DNA of 63,815 nt, the filler included, from Phoronis australis (lineage: Eukaryota > Animalia > Phoronida), in assembly GCA_002633005.1 (NCBI GenBank). It is 10 parts of 10 records of this genome, joined end to end, with 100 filler letters (N's around TTAATTAATTAA, not from the genome) between each part and the next. Parts side by side here need not be neighbours in the genome. Positions count along the whole stretch, not along the records: positions 23,324 to 25,879 come from NMRA01001875.1; positions 25,980 to 33,556 come from NMRA01002006.1; positions 33,657 to 37,471 come from NMRA01002825.1; positions 37,572 to 44,815 come from NMRA01002047.1; 6 more parts are not named here. The stretch is one strand, 5' to 3'. A program made the position numbers and the translations under genes. Position 1 is the first letter of the stretch. Every line of letters starts with the position of its first letter. The notes below the pieces were generated by a model that did no database searches, was not told where the DNA came from, and was given only the letters and a program-made list of their open reading frames with translations. Below, piece after piece: positions 25,158-38,437 of the stretch.

Positions 25158-28100
25158 ATTCAGTGGACAAAAGTATCCCAGGATAATGCTAGGCCCTCTC
25201 CTCTTAACGATCTTCTGGAGGATGAATTTTAAACCTGAACAAAGTGTTCACATCATTTCCCGAGATCTATCAACGCCCATACACGAACTCAGTGAGTTGG
25301 TCATCAGGAAAAATGATTCCTCAATAAAATCATGCACAAACATAACATCTCGGTAGAAAAGCTCGCACATTCACACCTGGCTGTCGTGAAGTTGTACTAA
25401 AGGTACAATGTACGAAAGCTAATTAATCCCCGGACTACGATATAGTACCATTAGCGCAGGCCTCAAAGAAAGTCATCCGTCGTCTTTACACATTGATTTA
25501 TACTTTTACAGTCTTTAGTTAAACAACAAAAACTATTATTCGAATATCTGACTCTTGTAATATTTTGGACGCCCAGGTATAATGCTCTCTCAGTAGTACT
25601 GAGCGCTGCTTTCTGCCGCAGTGTGCCGGGCTGGCCGGCTTATTGGGCGCAATAAACATTATAATAAAGCACAAAATCGGGAAAGTGAAGAAGTCACCAT
25701 ACGTATAACTCCTCTATGCAAGTGAGCCCTATGGACTTGTGACAACACGAAGGAAACCGTTATGACAATCTCGAGTCCAGCTAATTGTTGGCGTGTAGGA
25801 TTAGAGCAAGGAGTGTACGAGTATAGGAGAGTTCACTCCGCCATTTTACCATTCGCCGCAATGGTTACCAGTCGAAACANNNNNNNNNNNNNNNNNNNNN
25901 NNNNNNNNNNNNNNNNNNNNNNNTTAATTAATTAANNNNNNNNNNNNNNNNNNNNNNNNNNNNNNNNNNNNNNNNNNNNTACCTTGTTTAGTCGGACAAC
26001 TGCCTACAATAGCATCATTAAACCTTCCTTTATACAGCACTGCATATCCGACCATGAACTGAAAATTCAAAAAAAAAACCCAAAAAATCGACTTTAATAG
26101 TAAGTTTCTTAGTTCCACCAGGAAGAGATTGGTTTCATGGACATGGGTGTGACGCACGTATGAAACTCCAAACACATTGGGTCTTTTTAAAACCGTGGCC
26201 TCTCACTAAACCTAAAAGAGAGTGTTTTCATTTTGCTTTCCGTAGGCCAATGTACGGCATGAACTAACGGTATTTTAACATTCCAAAGTCCGACTAATTC
26301 AACCTTCACTTCAGACTCAGGGGAGCCATAAGGATAGTGTGTGAGATGATATGCTCCGAATCCAAATAGATGGAGACAGTTCAGTTCTGGGCAGTGGGCG
26401 TGATTGACGTAGCTAAGACTTTAGTACTACACAATGATTCTACAAAATCAAAAATACATCCGAATCCAACACAGTATACAAACTATTGATGTTTGACATG
26501 CGTCACTGGCTGTGTACTCATATAGTCTTATTTACTTTAAAAGTGGGAGTTTGGTGTAAATAGTGATTTGAATAGTCACCGACACTGTTCTCCCAGCCAA
26601 AGGAATGCCGCCATGTTCATGACCTAGTTTGACCAAGAATGGAACTCTAGTGGCCAAGAGAATGCCTCGTTTCCTTGACATCGAATAGGCTAAAGCAGGC
26701 AAAGTGCATAGTACAAGCCCCTACCATCCAGAGAGTCTGTGAAGGAGACAAAGATTTTGCAGACGACCGCTCCAAACTGCAGAATGACGGAGTAACTGTT
26801 CGCTCGCCGGTAACCAACTTANCGGTAACCAACTTAGACAAGGAAGTTTGTAGTTTTTTATAATATTACCTTGTGTGCGATTTTGTATCTCCAATTTTTA
26901 CCCATTTGACTCCAAACAAATGAGGCACGTTGATGTCACACCGGAAACAACAACACCTTCATAAAACCTCACTCCGCGTATACTGCGTGCTTTAGTTCGT
27001 AGCCGGCAAATGAGGACTTAAACATATTTATAGAAATATTTTTTCAGTTGTCTTCGTATGATATTCCACTCCGATTAATTGAGTTTGTATAGAATAATAA
27101 CAAAATAACAAAATAACAAAAAACGTTGATTTTATAAATTTCTAAATGACGAGAGCACCTAGAGAGAGCATCTGCAATCGTTCAATTCGTTCGTCTGCTT
27201 CTAAAGTAAATCAAATGTCAAGGTCGCTTTTGATGTAAACGTATTTTAATATGTTAAACAACTTGAAAATCCAACACAATTTTAACCGTGCTCTGTTATT
27301 TTATTTTTACTGACTTTTGAACAGCAAATAAAAGTAAAGATAAATTAAGTAAACGCAAAACTCTCAAGTCCTCTAATATCTAGTTTGGTGACTTAGTAGC
27401 GTTTTTCTCTCGATTCCATGGCTCAGCAGGAAGCAGTTGGCAATCTAAGTGTTACTCCTATGGCTCGTTTGGCCAGCAAAAATAGCATTGATATTTTATT
27501 CCCGAAGGACCACCCACGTTTTAATACATAATACTTATTAAAACATAAATTTTCCAGATTGTAACTCGGCACAAAAACTTGACCCAACGACGACTTTGCC
27601 TTGGTATCTGAGGAAACGCCCGAAGTTGCCAAATCAGTGGTAGTATTGACTTCTAAGTCTTAAACATGCCCGTAGTCAGCATTGCGCAGGGGGTGGTTCG
27701 AATTTCTTGAACGGTGGACCTTTGATATTTTGCAGACATCGACATTGTGGAGTTTTCATTAAGACCCTCATTTGACGCAGCAGGGTAAGGGAAATTTGTA
27801 TACACAACGATGACTGTCAACTCTACTTTTTTGAGATGAGACGAATGAATGCCAGAGATGAGGATGCCGTGACGGTTGCTCGCAAACAACGGGACTCAAT
27901 TCAAATTTAGTGTGGTTCAAAACGCTCTCGCCTTACTTCCTGCCAAATTTTCAAATCGCGCATGCTTAAATGAGTGGTTACACCTACTTGTACAGAAATA
28001 CTTAGCCGGAGAATAACTTAACGAATTTTTTTATCTTGTTATATATTTTTGCGTGTTACTTAAAGTTGCTTAAGTGACGTTGAACATGGGAACACCCCAC

Positions 28101-28657
28101 TCCTGGCCTCAGCTTTTCGGTTCACCATTCCGATTGTCCACTACTTCGAAGGCTCACTACAACAAAAGTATATTACTTTTTCAACTCATGTGTAATTTTT
28201 ACACATTTAAATGCAAAAATGAATGACACTACGATAATAGTTACACTAAGGAATGGTGTACATATACCGAAAACGACGCCGGGGTACTGAAATACTTTGT
28301 TTGGATTTAGTGCGTACGTGAAATTGCCCACATGTCTTACGAACACGGAAAATGAAAATGTTATTGCATTTTGAAAAATATGTTGTGGGAACATTGATGA
28401 ATTATCAACCAAGACACGTTCATCAAATCCGTTTCGGCAAAATCGCATCATTTCACAACGCAACTGAAAAGTTTAGGCCCGCTGCGACTCAACCTCACCC
28501 ATCGGAACCACACGCACACGGCCGGGTTGAAATATAATTAGCAGGCTATCCTGACCCTGCTAGTCTTCACGAAGTCATACTGGACAATAATCAGCACCAA
28601 TTAAGGTATGGACTATATGCGCCATCTATAGGCGAGAGAAATTGTATAATGAGAGAA

Positions 28658-29222
28658 CTCGCTGTTCCCGACGTGCCTAGCACGCAGGTATCACGCAGTG
28701 GCATGCGCGTTAATGTAACCTCAGCAGTCGTTGCTTGGCTTTACAACAACGTGAAAAAATGGCGGTCTGTGAACAATTTTTAGTCTTGTCATGCAAGTGC
28801 AACAACTATTTCGTTTCTGCAATCATGTTTAATAGCCGCGTGCTTGAAGCAGGTACAGGTACAATAAACACATATCTGGCCTACTAAACGGTGTGCTATT
28901 CATACTGTGTGAATACAGGACAGTATCGTAAACAAAAGTGATCGACAGTAGAAAGATGCACTCCGAAAAGGCGCAACCACAATTTCTAGGATTCACATTT
29001 CCGGAACATAAATTTTGAAAACCGATTTGTCTGACCAGCAGACCACATTTACACTTCAGTCCATCAGTCATGTTAGTTTGTTTGCGTAAAGCGCTGCCAG
29101 TTAAGAATTCAACTAGCCAATCAGAAACGCCGGTGTAAAATTATTTCCGGAGGAAAATTAAGTAATACCTGCGTGCTGGCGCGGCTACCACCCCACCTAG
29201 CGACACGCAGGGAACCAGCGAG
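28658..29222. mobile_element. 565-bp non-autonomous DNA transposon with 9-bp TSD (Mutator/MULE-like)
   Basis: ATGAGAGAA at 28649-28657 and 29223-29231. Ends CTCGCTGTTCCC / GGGAACCAGCGAG, with an inner inverted pair AGCACGCAGGTAT / ATACCTGCGTGCT. Confidence 0.85.
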
Positions 29223-29798
29223 ATGAGAGAAGTGACCGCTCTTCGCCGGTGGGAAGGTGGCAAAGACAATCAATTGTAGTTCCGGGGACTAAAAAATCGT
29301 TTCCTTGCGATGGGAAGCAACGGTAACATTTTCCAAAATTCTTGTGCCTAGTATCAGAGGGTCGAAAACAATTAATGGATATTACTATCTATAGCTCACC
29401 AAATCAAACAAATAGTTACATAGAGAGAATCTGACAAGAACAGAGGTTGTGAGGGAAGAGAAATGGTCAAGTTCTCTCTAAACTGGTTTATAACCACCGA
29501 TGTCTAGTCTATAGTCCAGACGCCTCTCACGAATGGCCGAATAATCGTAGGGATGCCAATTTCAACTGGAGGGAGTAGGTTTTCCGTCAGTGAGTTTCAC
29601 TCATGTGTCCACTAAAGAGTCTCCATACAGTAACTGAAATTCTCACTGATGTATGCTGTTTGTACGTTGTGCACATAAACTTTGTTTTTGAATCTATGGT
29701 TCATTACGGCGTTTTCCCGTTGCTCAACTTCGATTCTATAGCCCAACAACAAGTTGGGAATATCAACCATGTAGCCAATATCTTACACGACTGATTTA

Positions 29799-30786
29799 AG
29801 GAGCATGCCACCCAAAAACAACCTAATTTGTATCAATTTAGTTCGAGAAGTTCTACTCCATAACGACACGTACGGTTGCGTTACCTGACACCTGAAGGCA
29901 GACGGAGGTGTTGAAATTATCCAATGACGTCATCGGTTTCACACGCATCGAGTTGTTTCACAACAGTTTCTGCCAGCAAACACTAAATTAGCATGAGCTC
30001 ACACGGCCTCGGTGTCCCGTCGATTAGTTTTATTGCACCTAAAGCGTAACGCAGTGATTTATTCATTGCTGGCTTCTCAAATCCTTTGCACTCACAACTT
30101 GAACACTCGAAAGGCATTACAAATTGCATCTGGTGAGACAGACTTTGTTTTAGTTTTATATAAGTATTGGTTAGGGTGAGAAGGCATTTTGAAACAGAAC
30201 GTTCAGTACTAAACGCCAACATGGCAACTCGCAATCCCGACTTAGGACGAGCTAGAGCTCATCAGTCCCGACTTCGCAGGTGGATCATTAAGTTTTACAG
30301 GTTATCAATTCGAACAGGAATACAGCGATGAAGAAATAATACTAGAGGGGCGCTGTGAACAAGCTCAGACAACGGAACATGGAGTTATTTGGTAAGCCGG
30401 CATTCGTCACTGAGTCATTGTCGACGTCTGCATGCCACAGACACGGAGATGTTTCACGGCCTCATACTTGCTATTTACAGCGTACATCTCATTCTTCACT
30501 ACCATGAGCCACTTCTTAAGCATTTCGGACTCTCGAGGAAGTAAAAAAACGATATACCCACTTTCCTCGCAGCTGCTTTGTTGGGACAAGCGGGAACGAT
30601 GCACAGAAACATAGCGGCATTCACTCTGCATATGAACCACTGACGTCGCTAGCGTCGTTTCTCGCCTTCTTCACAGGTTAACGCGACACCTCTTGGCAGG
30701 GTAAGGTCGATCGTATGCGAGGCAATGTGGATATACACCGATTAAGACGGCAAAAAAGACTAAGTTAAATCGGGTGGCATTCTCCT
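29799..30786. mobile_element. Kolobok-type non-autonomous DNA transposon, copy 1, with THAP stub (- strand) and KolX-like stub (+ strand)
   Basis: TTTA|AGGAGCATGCCACCC...GGGTGGCATTCTCCT|TTAA. Minus strand reads LPRESEMLKKWLMVVK...HLRVCG (THAP). Plus strand reads GYQFEQEYSDEEI...VIW|GTAAG. Confidence 0.85.
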
Positions 30787-31013
30787 TTAACTTCATTCTG
30801 GCATTTATGGTTGTAGGGCCGGCTCTCTTTTGTTCGATAAGTGCTCTAATTTCCGATCAGATCGTACCTAGCCTGACTGGGTTGTGCTGCTAAAAATGAA
30901 AGTTAAGTTACAACATATCTGAACATAAACCAATAGCATTTCTGTATTCCTTGTCAAATGCTGATCATGTTTAGTTTTTGAATCACCAAAATCGCTCATC
31001 TTACAGAAGTTAA

Positions 31014-32662
31014 AGGAGAATGCCACCCAAAACAATCTATTTTTTAGCAATTGAGATCGAGTAGTTCAACTCGATAACGGCATGTTCGGTTGCGTTACCT
31101 GACACCTGACGGCAGACGGAGGTGTTGAAATTATCCAATGACGAATTGCTTTCACACGCTGTCTGTTCAGCAGTTCACAACACGGGTTAGTGGTGTCAGC
31201 TTATCGCTTGAATTCATCGTTTAACACCAATAAATCATCAAACTTCGTTGTAAAACCCTTAAAAATACACCGAGTTCTTATTTCGCTGTAACGGATTTAC
31301 TGGTATTTGAACACACCGTAGCCTACAAAGTTCGGCAGGCCAATACCAAGGTCCGTAGCAGGAGTTCGAGGTCTGTTCGAAGATAAATTCGAAGTATTCT
31401 TCCGTGAAATACAGACAGGAGAACCTATACCTGTGTTGTTCATACTTGTGATTTTTTGAGATCTAAACACACAAAACGCTTGTTATCCCGGCCAGTGGCT
31501 CGGAACCCGATCAGGCCCGTCGCGGACGCCGGGACTGGCATGAACATAAACCAGCTTGAGTTGGAAACTAAGTCTCCAGTCACGAAAAGATTATAATAGT
31601 GAGCAAAAAAAATAATGTGCACGTAAGTAATTATTTATGTGAATTAGCCCGTGACGAAACTGAAAATCTAGGCCTATTTACATGTATATGTCGGGGGCCG
31701 CGAAGTCGGGTTCCCCTTCCACAGACCGTCAGGGCAAAGGTTGTACAGTAACAATGATTCGAATAATGTATTTGTATTTCTAAATAAAGATTCCCCTTGC
31801 ATACGACCATAGCATAGAAATCGAGTAATTGTTTCACAACAGCTTTCTGTCAGCAAACACTGAATTAGCATGCGCTCACACGGCCTCAGTGCCCTGTTAA
31901 TTACCTTCGTTGCCGGCATCAAAAGCCGGTAACGCAGTGGTTTATTCATTGCTGGCTTCTCAAAACATTTGCACTCACGAGCACTCCAAGGCATAACAAA
32001 TTGCATCTAATGAGACAGACTTTGTTTCAGTTTCATATAAGCTGCATTGGTTAGGATCATTTTAGGATGAGAATAATTGGTTTTGAAACAGAACGCAGAT
32101 TAATAAACGTCTACATTGCAACTCGCCAGCGCCAATCCCGACTTAGTCAAGAGCTCATGCGACGAAGACTTCACAGATGGATCGTTAGGTTTCACAGGCT
32201 ATCAGTTCGAACCATACTGATCAAGCAATACTAGAGAGGCGCCCTGAACATGCACAGGCAACGGAACGTATGGATAGTTCTTTGGTAAGCCGGAATTTGT
32301 CAGAGAAATTACTGTCGATGAAATGCCGTCCTCATACTTGCTATTAACAGCATACCTTTCATTCTTCACGACCGCAAGTCACTTCATTCTAAGCATTTCG
32401 GGCTCTCGAGGAAGTCGAAAAAACAATATACCCGCTTTCTTCGCAGCTTCATCGTTCAGACACTCGGGAACTGATGCACCTCAATATAGCCGCATTCACT
32501 CTGCAGACGAACCACTGACGTCGCTGCGTCGCCGCTTCTCACCTTCCTCACAGGTTAACGCGACACCTCTCAGCAAGGTGAGGTCGAACGTATAAGAGGC
32601 GATGTGGATATAGACCGGTTAAGACGGTAAAACAGACTCATTAAATCGGGTAGCATTCTCCT
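31014..32662. mobile_element. Kolobok-type non-autonomous DNA transposon, copy 2 (longer by a ~660-bp segment at ~31160-31820)
   Basis: TTAA|AGGAGAATGCCACCC...GGGTAGCATTCTCCT|TTAA, colinear with copy 1. Minus strand SVPECLN..KAGILFFRLPREPE (THAP); plus strand GFTGYQFEP. Confidence 0.85.
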
Positions 32663-35600
32663 TTAAGACAACCCATTCTGCCAGGTTTCAGTAACCCTTT
32701 GAAGCCTGGGAGATAATTGGCCTGATTGTTGTCTTACGGGAGAAAAGACTGGGCTGGGCAGTTAACAAAGGAGCCAGATGTTATCGCACGTTCAGAACCC
32801 CTCTCGCCTGGAAAAGTTGCTGAACGACAGAACGCCGTCAAGTTACACGTTGGCGCGTTAATCTGGGCCTGCATGTATTGAATAACGCGTTAATTCGCTT
32901 TGTAGATGTGTATAGGGTTGTCGCTTGTCTATCCTTTGGCAGAAGTATAGTAGTTTGTAACTGCTCCGATCCTAAACTTTTGACTGAGGTTATTCTATAT
33001 CCTGCAGTTACTTGTGGCCAGTACTGGCCCAAATCAGTCTTAAATTCAAAATCGACCAAATCAAGGATAGTTTATAAGTACGTACCGTTACTAGCACACA
33101 CACACATGAAATGGCTATGAGTTTTGAGTAAGCCTAGTTGGATATTAATCAGGGCATTAGGTTTTACGATTGCTTCAAAAGGGAAAACCAAACTGGGCGA
33201 AAGCAGTCTCTGAAACAGTCCGCTGGACTCGCTATACCACGGACACATAACCCCCCTGTCACAGGATTCCCCTCTGCGGTCAATTTTTATGTCAACCTTC
33301 TCACGACAATATGTCAGCAAGAGAGCAACAGCGAAAGATGCCACTGCTTCTGTTCACGCATCAATGAAGGGTCAAGTTGCTGTGCTTAGTTACGGATGTA
33401 TAAATACGCGAGCTGCTCTTGGACCTCGTGATCTACTTGCCTTGGTCGAGTTACACGGTGACACGAACATTCATCTTCGCAGCACCCATTAACCTGTTGA
33501 AAAATCGATTAGAGGTTATAGTCAAGCAAGGAGACGTGTTTGCGAGTACCAGCCGGNNNNNNNNNNNNNNNNNNNNNNNNNNNNNNNNNNNNNNNNNNNN
33601 TTAATTAATTAANNNNNNNNNNNNNNNNNNNNNNNNNNNNNNNNNNNNNNNNNNNNATGGAGGTACAGGTCATAAAAAGAAAAAATAATGAATGAAAATT
33701 CTTAAAAATTGAGGTTTTTCTACTTCTCAACAAATCAAACTTATGTGCTAAGTTTCAAAAAAATCGGTGATTTTGGGTATAGACTCTACCTGTTGGTTTT
33801 TATATGGAGTCACTCTTAATATCTTTTTCTTTTTAGTCGTATTCTGGCAAAGGCAATTTAACAGTTACCGGTGCGTATTTGTTAGCAATAGTAAGACGAT
33901 AAGCTGAAGATTTTGTAGGAAACGTGGCGAGAACTCTCCAATGTAACAATATAAATAGCGCTGACTGTTCCCGTCGCATATTTCTTTGCTTTGCTACAGT
34001 ATATCCTGATATGACCCGGAGAGAACACGAAATTCGAGATGGGATGATTCTTAGTTGTTTATGTATTAGATTCGCCCCATACGTGGACGGAAACGATCTG
34101 TGTGAGAGAGTAGATGAGGGCGAAGCCCTCAGACAGCTTCGCGAGATCGGAGGATCTCGCCTTCTGTCCTTGCTGTGGTTGGTGTGGACGCGGATCGAGG
34201 GCAGGACCTGGTAGGCCGGTGGTGGTAGAGGTGGTGTGCTTGATCTTCTTCTGGAGACGAGACGCTGGCTTGATGGCAACAGCTTAAAGTTGGTTCACAT
34301 GAAGCCGGCTTTCTGGCAACAGCTGTCATGCTACTGATTGCTTGTCTTTATACTGCCCCGTCGGGANAAAGTTTTTTTTTCTTTTTTTTTTTCTAAACGA
34401 TCTAGTTGGGGTTCCGTAAAATATATATCTTTGATAAGCATCCCGTGATGGTTTTGAATTTTGATCTTTGAAATCAAGCTTAGTTACAATGAGCGCTACT
34501 AGATCTATCGGTTTCTTTAAATTGCGAGTCGATCGATTTGGCTTTATTTCTCTTCAGACCAATCGAGCGTGAAATTGCAACATTGAAGATTTCCTGTTCC
34601 TATGGTCGAGATGAGGACGGCAATAGTTTAATGATCTCTTCATTACGCGCAAGCCTCCCGTTCACTGGAAGTCCAAGGAGTGGTAGTGAGGGAAGTGGTA
34701 ACTATAAGGTAACCAAATAATCATCAAGTTACAACTCAATAACAAATTGGTCAATTATATTTCCTATATGTTACCTTATATTTACTTATTAATAAACTTG
34801 ATTAACAAGCTTGAGGGTATGAAGGTGTGCGTCTCAGAAAATACACACAGACTGGACATATGCCCGTATTCAGACTGGATTCTTTGTCGAAACACCCCAG
34901 TAAATAAACAATTAGCAATTGCACCGATAAACGTGAGATCACACCCAGTGCTCAAAAGAGAAAAAACTTATCCGTACGTCTGAAACCCGCAAAAGAAGGA
35001 GCACCAACGCATTCACATCGGGAAAATTAGCCGAACTAAATGCCGAAAAATCCAAACGTGCTGTTTGTACATAGTGTTTAACAAACGTGAATTCTGAAGA
35101 CCAGTCACAAAAAGACAAAACGGCTATCATGTGCCTACCCCTAATGAAAGCCCACGAAAGACCAGCACTACGAATAAAGCGTCCTCTAATAAGATTTGAA
35201 GCAAACTTACCGTAAGATTAACGTCACACATGAAAGCCAGTCTAATGGTTTTAACTACCGAGTTGTTGCTTATATGTACAGTAGACGACAAGAACAAACC
35301 GTTGACACCCAGGGACGTGGAAGCTCCTCTGTTGTCTTGAGACATAACGACAAACACCGCTTAATGTTAAACTATTTTTCCTTAGAAATCCAGATTAAAA
35401 ACACGAGATGGTTTTTGACCGACTCGAATCTGCTCGTAAAATCTATGTCTGAAATAGCTAGCCTCATTTTTAGTCAACATTTGAGCTTTTACCTAAAAGG
35501 AAGTCATTGCACCAACGAAAAGGAGTGATAGCAATAGTAAAACAAGTTTTGAGGCGAGATATTTTAATTTTGATTTCCAAGGAGCCTCCAAAGGAGCGCA

Positions 35601-36169
35601 CTTCTAGGCCTTAACAACCTGAAATAAACCTTAACCAGGAAAAAGTGGTTTTAGAAGGAGGTATCCCATCGTAGGTGCCTTTTAAAAGCCGAATGACGCG
35701 AGGATGCTACCCTACAGGAATATAAATCATTGGTCGTAATACCGAAGACAACATCGACAGATAGCCTTTCAAAGTCCTGTAAGCAGTTCCTTGAAGAAAC
35801 TTGTAGGCTAGGACATTCAGACAGTTATTTAAAGAGGTCGTAAAGGATCAATTTGATGTTTAGCGCATTAGTTACTGAACAACCTAAATTTTGAGTTGTA
35901 GTCTTTTTGTGTACCTGTTCTATGCAAGATGAGATCTCCTCTAACAGGACTAGAAAGTCTCAAGTCGTGGTGAATCTTCAGTAAGCGAAATGAACCTTTA
36001 AATTGAAGTGTTTGTCTTGAGATTTTTGGTCCACATCACGTGCTCCACAAACAAAAAAAAAACTCGCGAAAAAAACAGGCATTACAAGCACTGCACGTGA
36101 TCACTTTATCTGTACTTGCGAAATTCGCATGGACATCGGCCCAGGGGACTGACAGTTATTGTTTCTCAC

Positions 36170-36251
36170 CGTCGTCTTCGCCATCTACCGGCCACGCCTG
36201 GAGGCAGCCCACGGCTAGTATCAGCACAATGAATATCGCCACGCGCCTCAT
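36170..36251 (-). CDS. Signal-peptide-encoding first coding exon of an unidentified secreted or membrane protein
   Basis: MRRVAIFIVLILAVGCLQAWPVDGEDD then a G|GTGAG donor (phase 1). An upstream acceptor TTACAG lies 13 nt before the ATG. Confidence 0.65.
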
Positions 36252-38437
36252 GACTTCTAGTTTTCTGTAATTCAATGACAGATCGAGTTACGGAGAAACA
36301 ATTATGAAAGGGGGAGCAAGTACATGTAAATGATATTTTAATCTCAACAAAAACGTAAACGATTTCCTCATCGATAGAACAATTATCCTTTCGTATTATC
36401 AAGTACAAACTGAAACAACCTGGTTGATACCTGTGTAAAATAACCATAATGGAAGTTGGCATGTCGGCGCCTGTTTGGCGTAGGTTGAAGAAATTTGCAT
36501 AGTTTTATATCGATTTTCTTCTCTTGGTTGTTGCAAGAAGAAATTTGGGATCCCATTATTCAACATTGGATTGCTAATAGGCATGGCTCGACTTCCGGTT
36601 TTGCGAGCCTTTCTCAATAGAAATACTATGGAAAATGTCTAAAAAGCCTGGTGACTTTCTGCAATTATAGTCTTGTATTGTCCAATACGGAAAATGAGAC
36701 TGGGTGCATCGGCTGAAACGGTGCAGTATTTAGATCGTTACTAACTGCATTTCATCATCTGAATAAAGGATAACCAATACTGTAAACTGCACACACTTTC
36801 CTAGAGTTTCACACGAGACGCATTCTTAACCGCGTATCGGTCGTTTAACTCGACGTATCGTTCTTAAGCTTTAAAACGATAAAAACCGATTTGTGTGGTA
36901 GACAGGGATTCAACAGTTCTTGGACAATTAATAGTAAGCAATTTTCCTTGATACCACAGTGATTCATTGCTGTCCAAATGCTATAAAATGGCCATGTGAC
37001 AAGTTCGCTCAAGTAAGTTTGGTTACGGAGGCCATGAGAATAACACTATAAAATTTTTCTGGTAACTAAATAAAAATACCTGCAACACCAACTACTCAAT
37101 TCACTGTCTCAAAATTGTACAAAGTCATACAATTTCAATGGTGGTATACCCTGCCACATAAAATACAATGGGGTCCCACAATTGAGCTAGATCAACTCAA
37201 GAAGTAACTGTGTGAAACTGGCTACAAATTAGTCATCATAGACCAATGTATCATGAATGAACACAGACAGACAAATTGGGGTTTGGATTACCCTCTTCAG
37301 ACACGCCCACCAAGTTGAGTTAGTCCAACCCACCAGTTACCTTGTTGAAATCAGTTGTGTAGGGTCCAGCATCACCCCTATGCTGCGCAGCAGATATGCT
37401 CTAGACGATTTCAGTGGCGAGGTGCCCTGTCCCAAAATTCAGTTAGTTAAACCCAAGAGGTAACCGCATGANNNNNNNNNNNNNNNNNNNNNNNNNNNNN
37501 NNNNNNNNNNNNNNNTTAATTAATTAANNNNNNNNNNNNNNNNNNNNNNNNNNNNNNNNNNNNNNNNNNNNCCTACTTAACTCAAAAACAGTTTTCCTAA
37601 CTGCTAACAGGTATCAAATACAAAATGATGATCACTCTTATTCTCATCGGATTCCACATTGTTTACCAACTTTCAAGAGAAGTGAGGAATTAAGGGGGCT
37701 GTTTTTACATATTTGATCAAATGTGTTGAAAAATTTTACATCTTAGTGTATATGTCCATACATGTAGGCTTAACTGAAGTGATGATTTCATCCAAAAGGT
37801 GTATTTTGATTAATTGATATAAGTTTCACTCCATATTAATGTAATTTTAATCACTTGCAAAAGACGAGCCACAACAAACACAGAGTTTAACTAGAAATTC
37901 AGAGTGTACGTACATCCCCCACACTCACTCTACTTACATTGAGTTGTCTGGCAAAAATTTCTTTGAAGATATCATAATGTATTGTACTTCACAAACATTC
38001 CACTAAATGATCATATAAAACTAAAATAACTTTTTAAAGCTCACAGAAATGTTAAAAAATCTTTTTTTTTTTAATTCAAGTTCTGTGTGTACGTCTGTCA
38101 CACCCCTTTTAAAGCATTTTTCTCAGTCAGACAAAAAGGTAAAACAAAAGTTAATCCATGCATTGAAAGCTATCATGAGACTTGGCAATTGAGGTACATG
38201 TACTATCAATTAATTCGCTAGGATGAATATTTGTTTCATAATTGATCAAAATGTTCTCAGATTTTACCTCCTTCTCAAATGGAATTGCACTTCAAATATA
38301 TTTTATTAATTTTGCACATTGGAAAAAGCAAAATTAAAGAGGCATTGTTTAGAATAAAGGCATGTCAGCCTAAATGTGCACATACATGGGAGGGCACGTA
38401 GAAGGTACCCTTAACTGTTGTGCAACCCACTTGTTTG

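Noticed and set aside
27736-27784. Possible + strand micro-exon (TTTTGCAG|...GG|GTAAG; DIDIVEFSLRPSFDAAG)
   Set aside because: Splice signals are good, but there are no partner exons or recognisable product.
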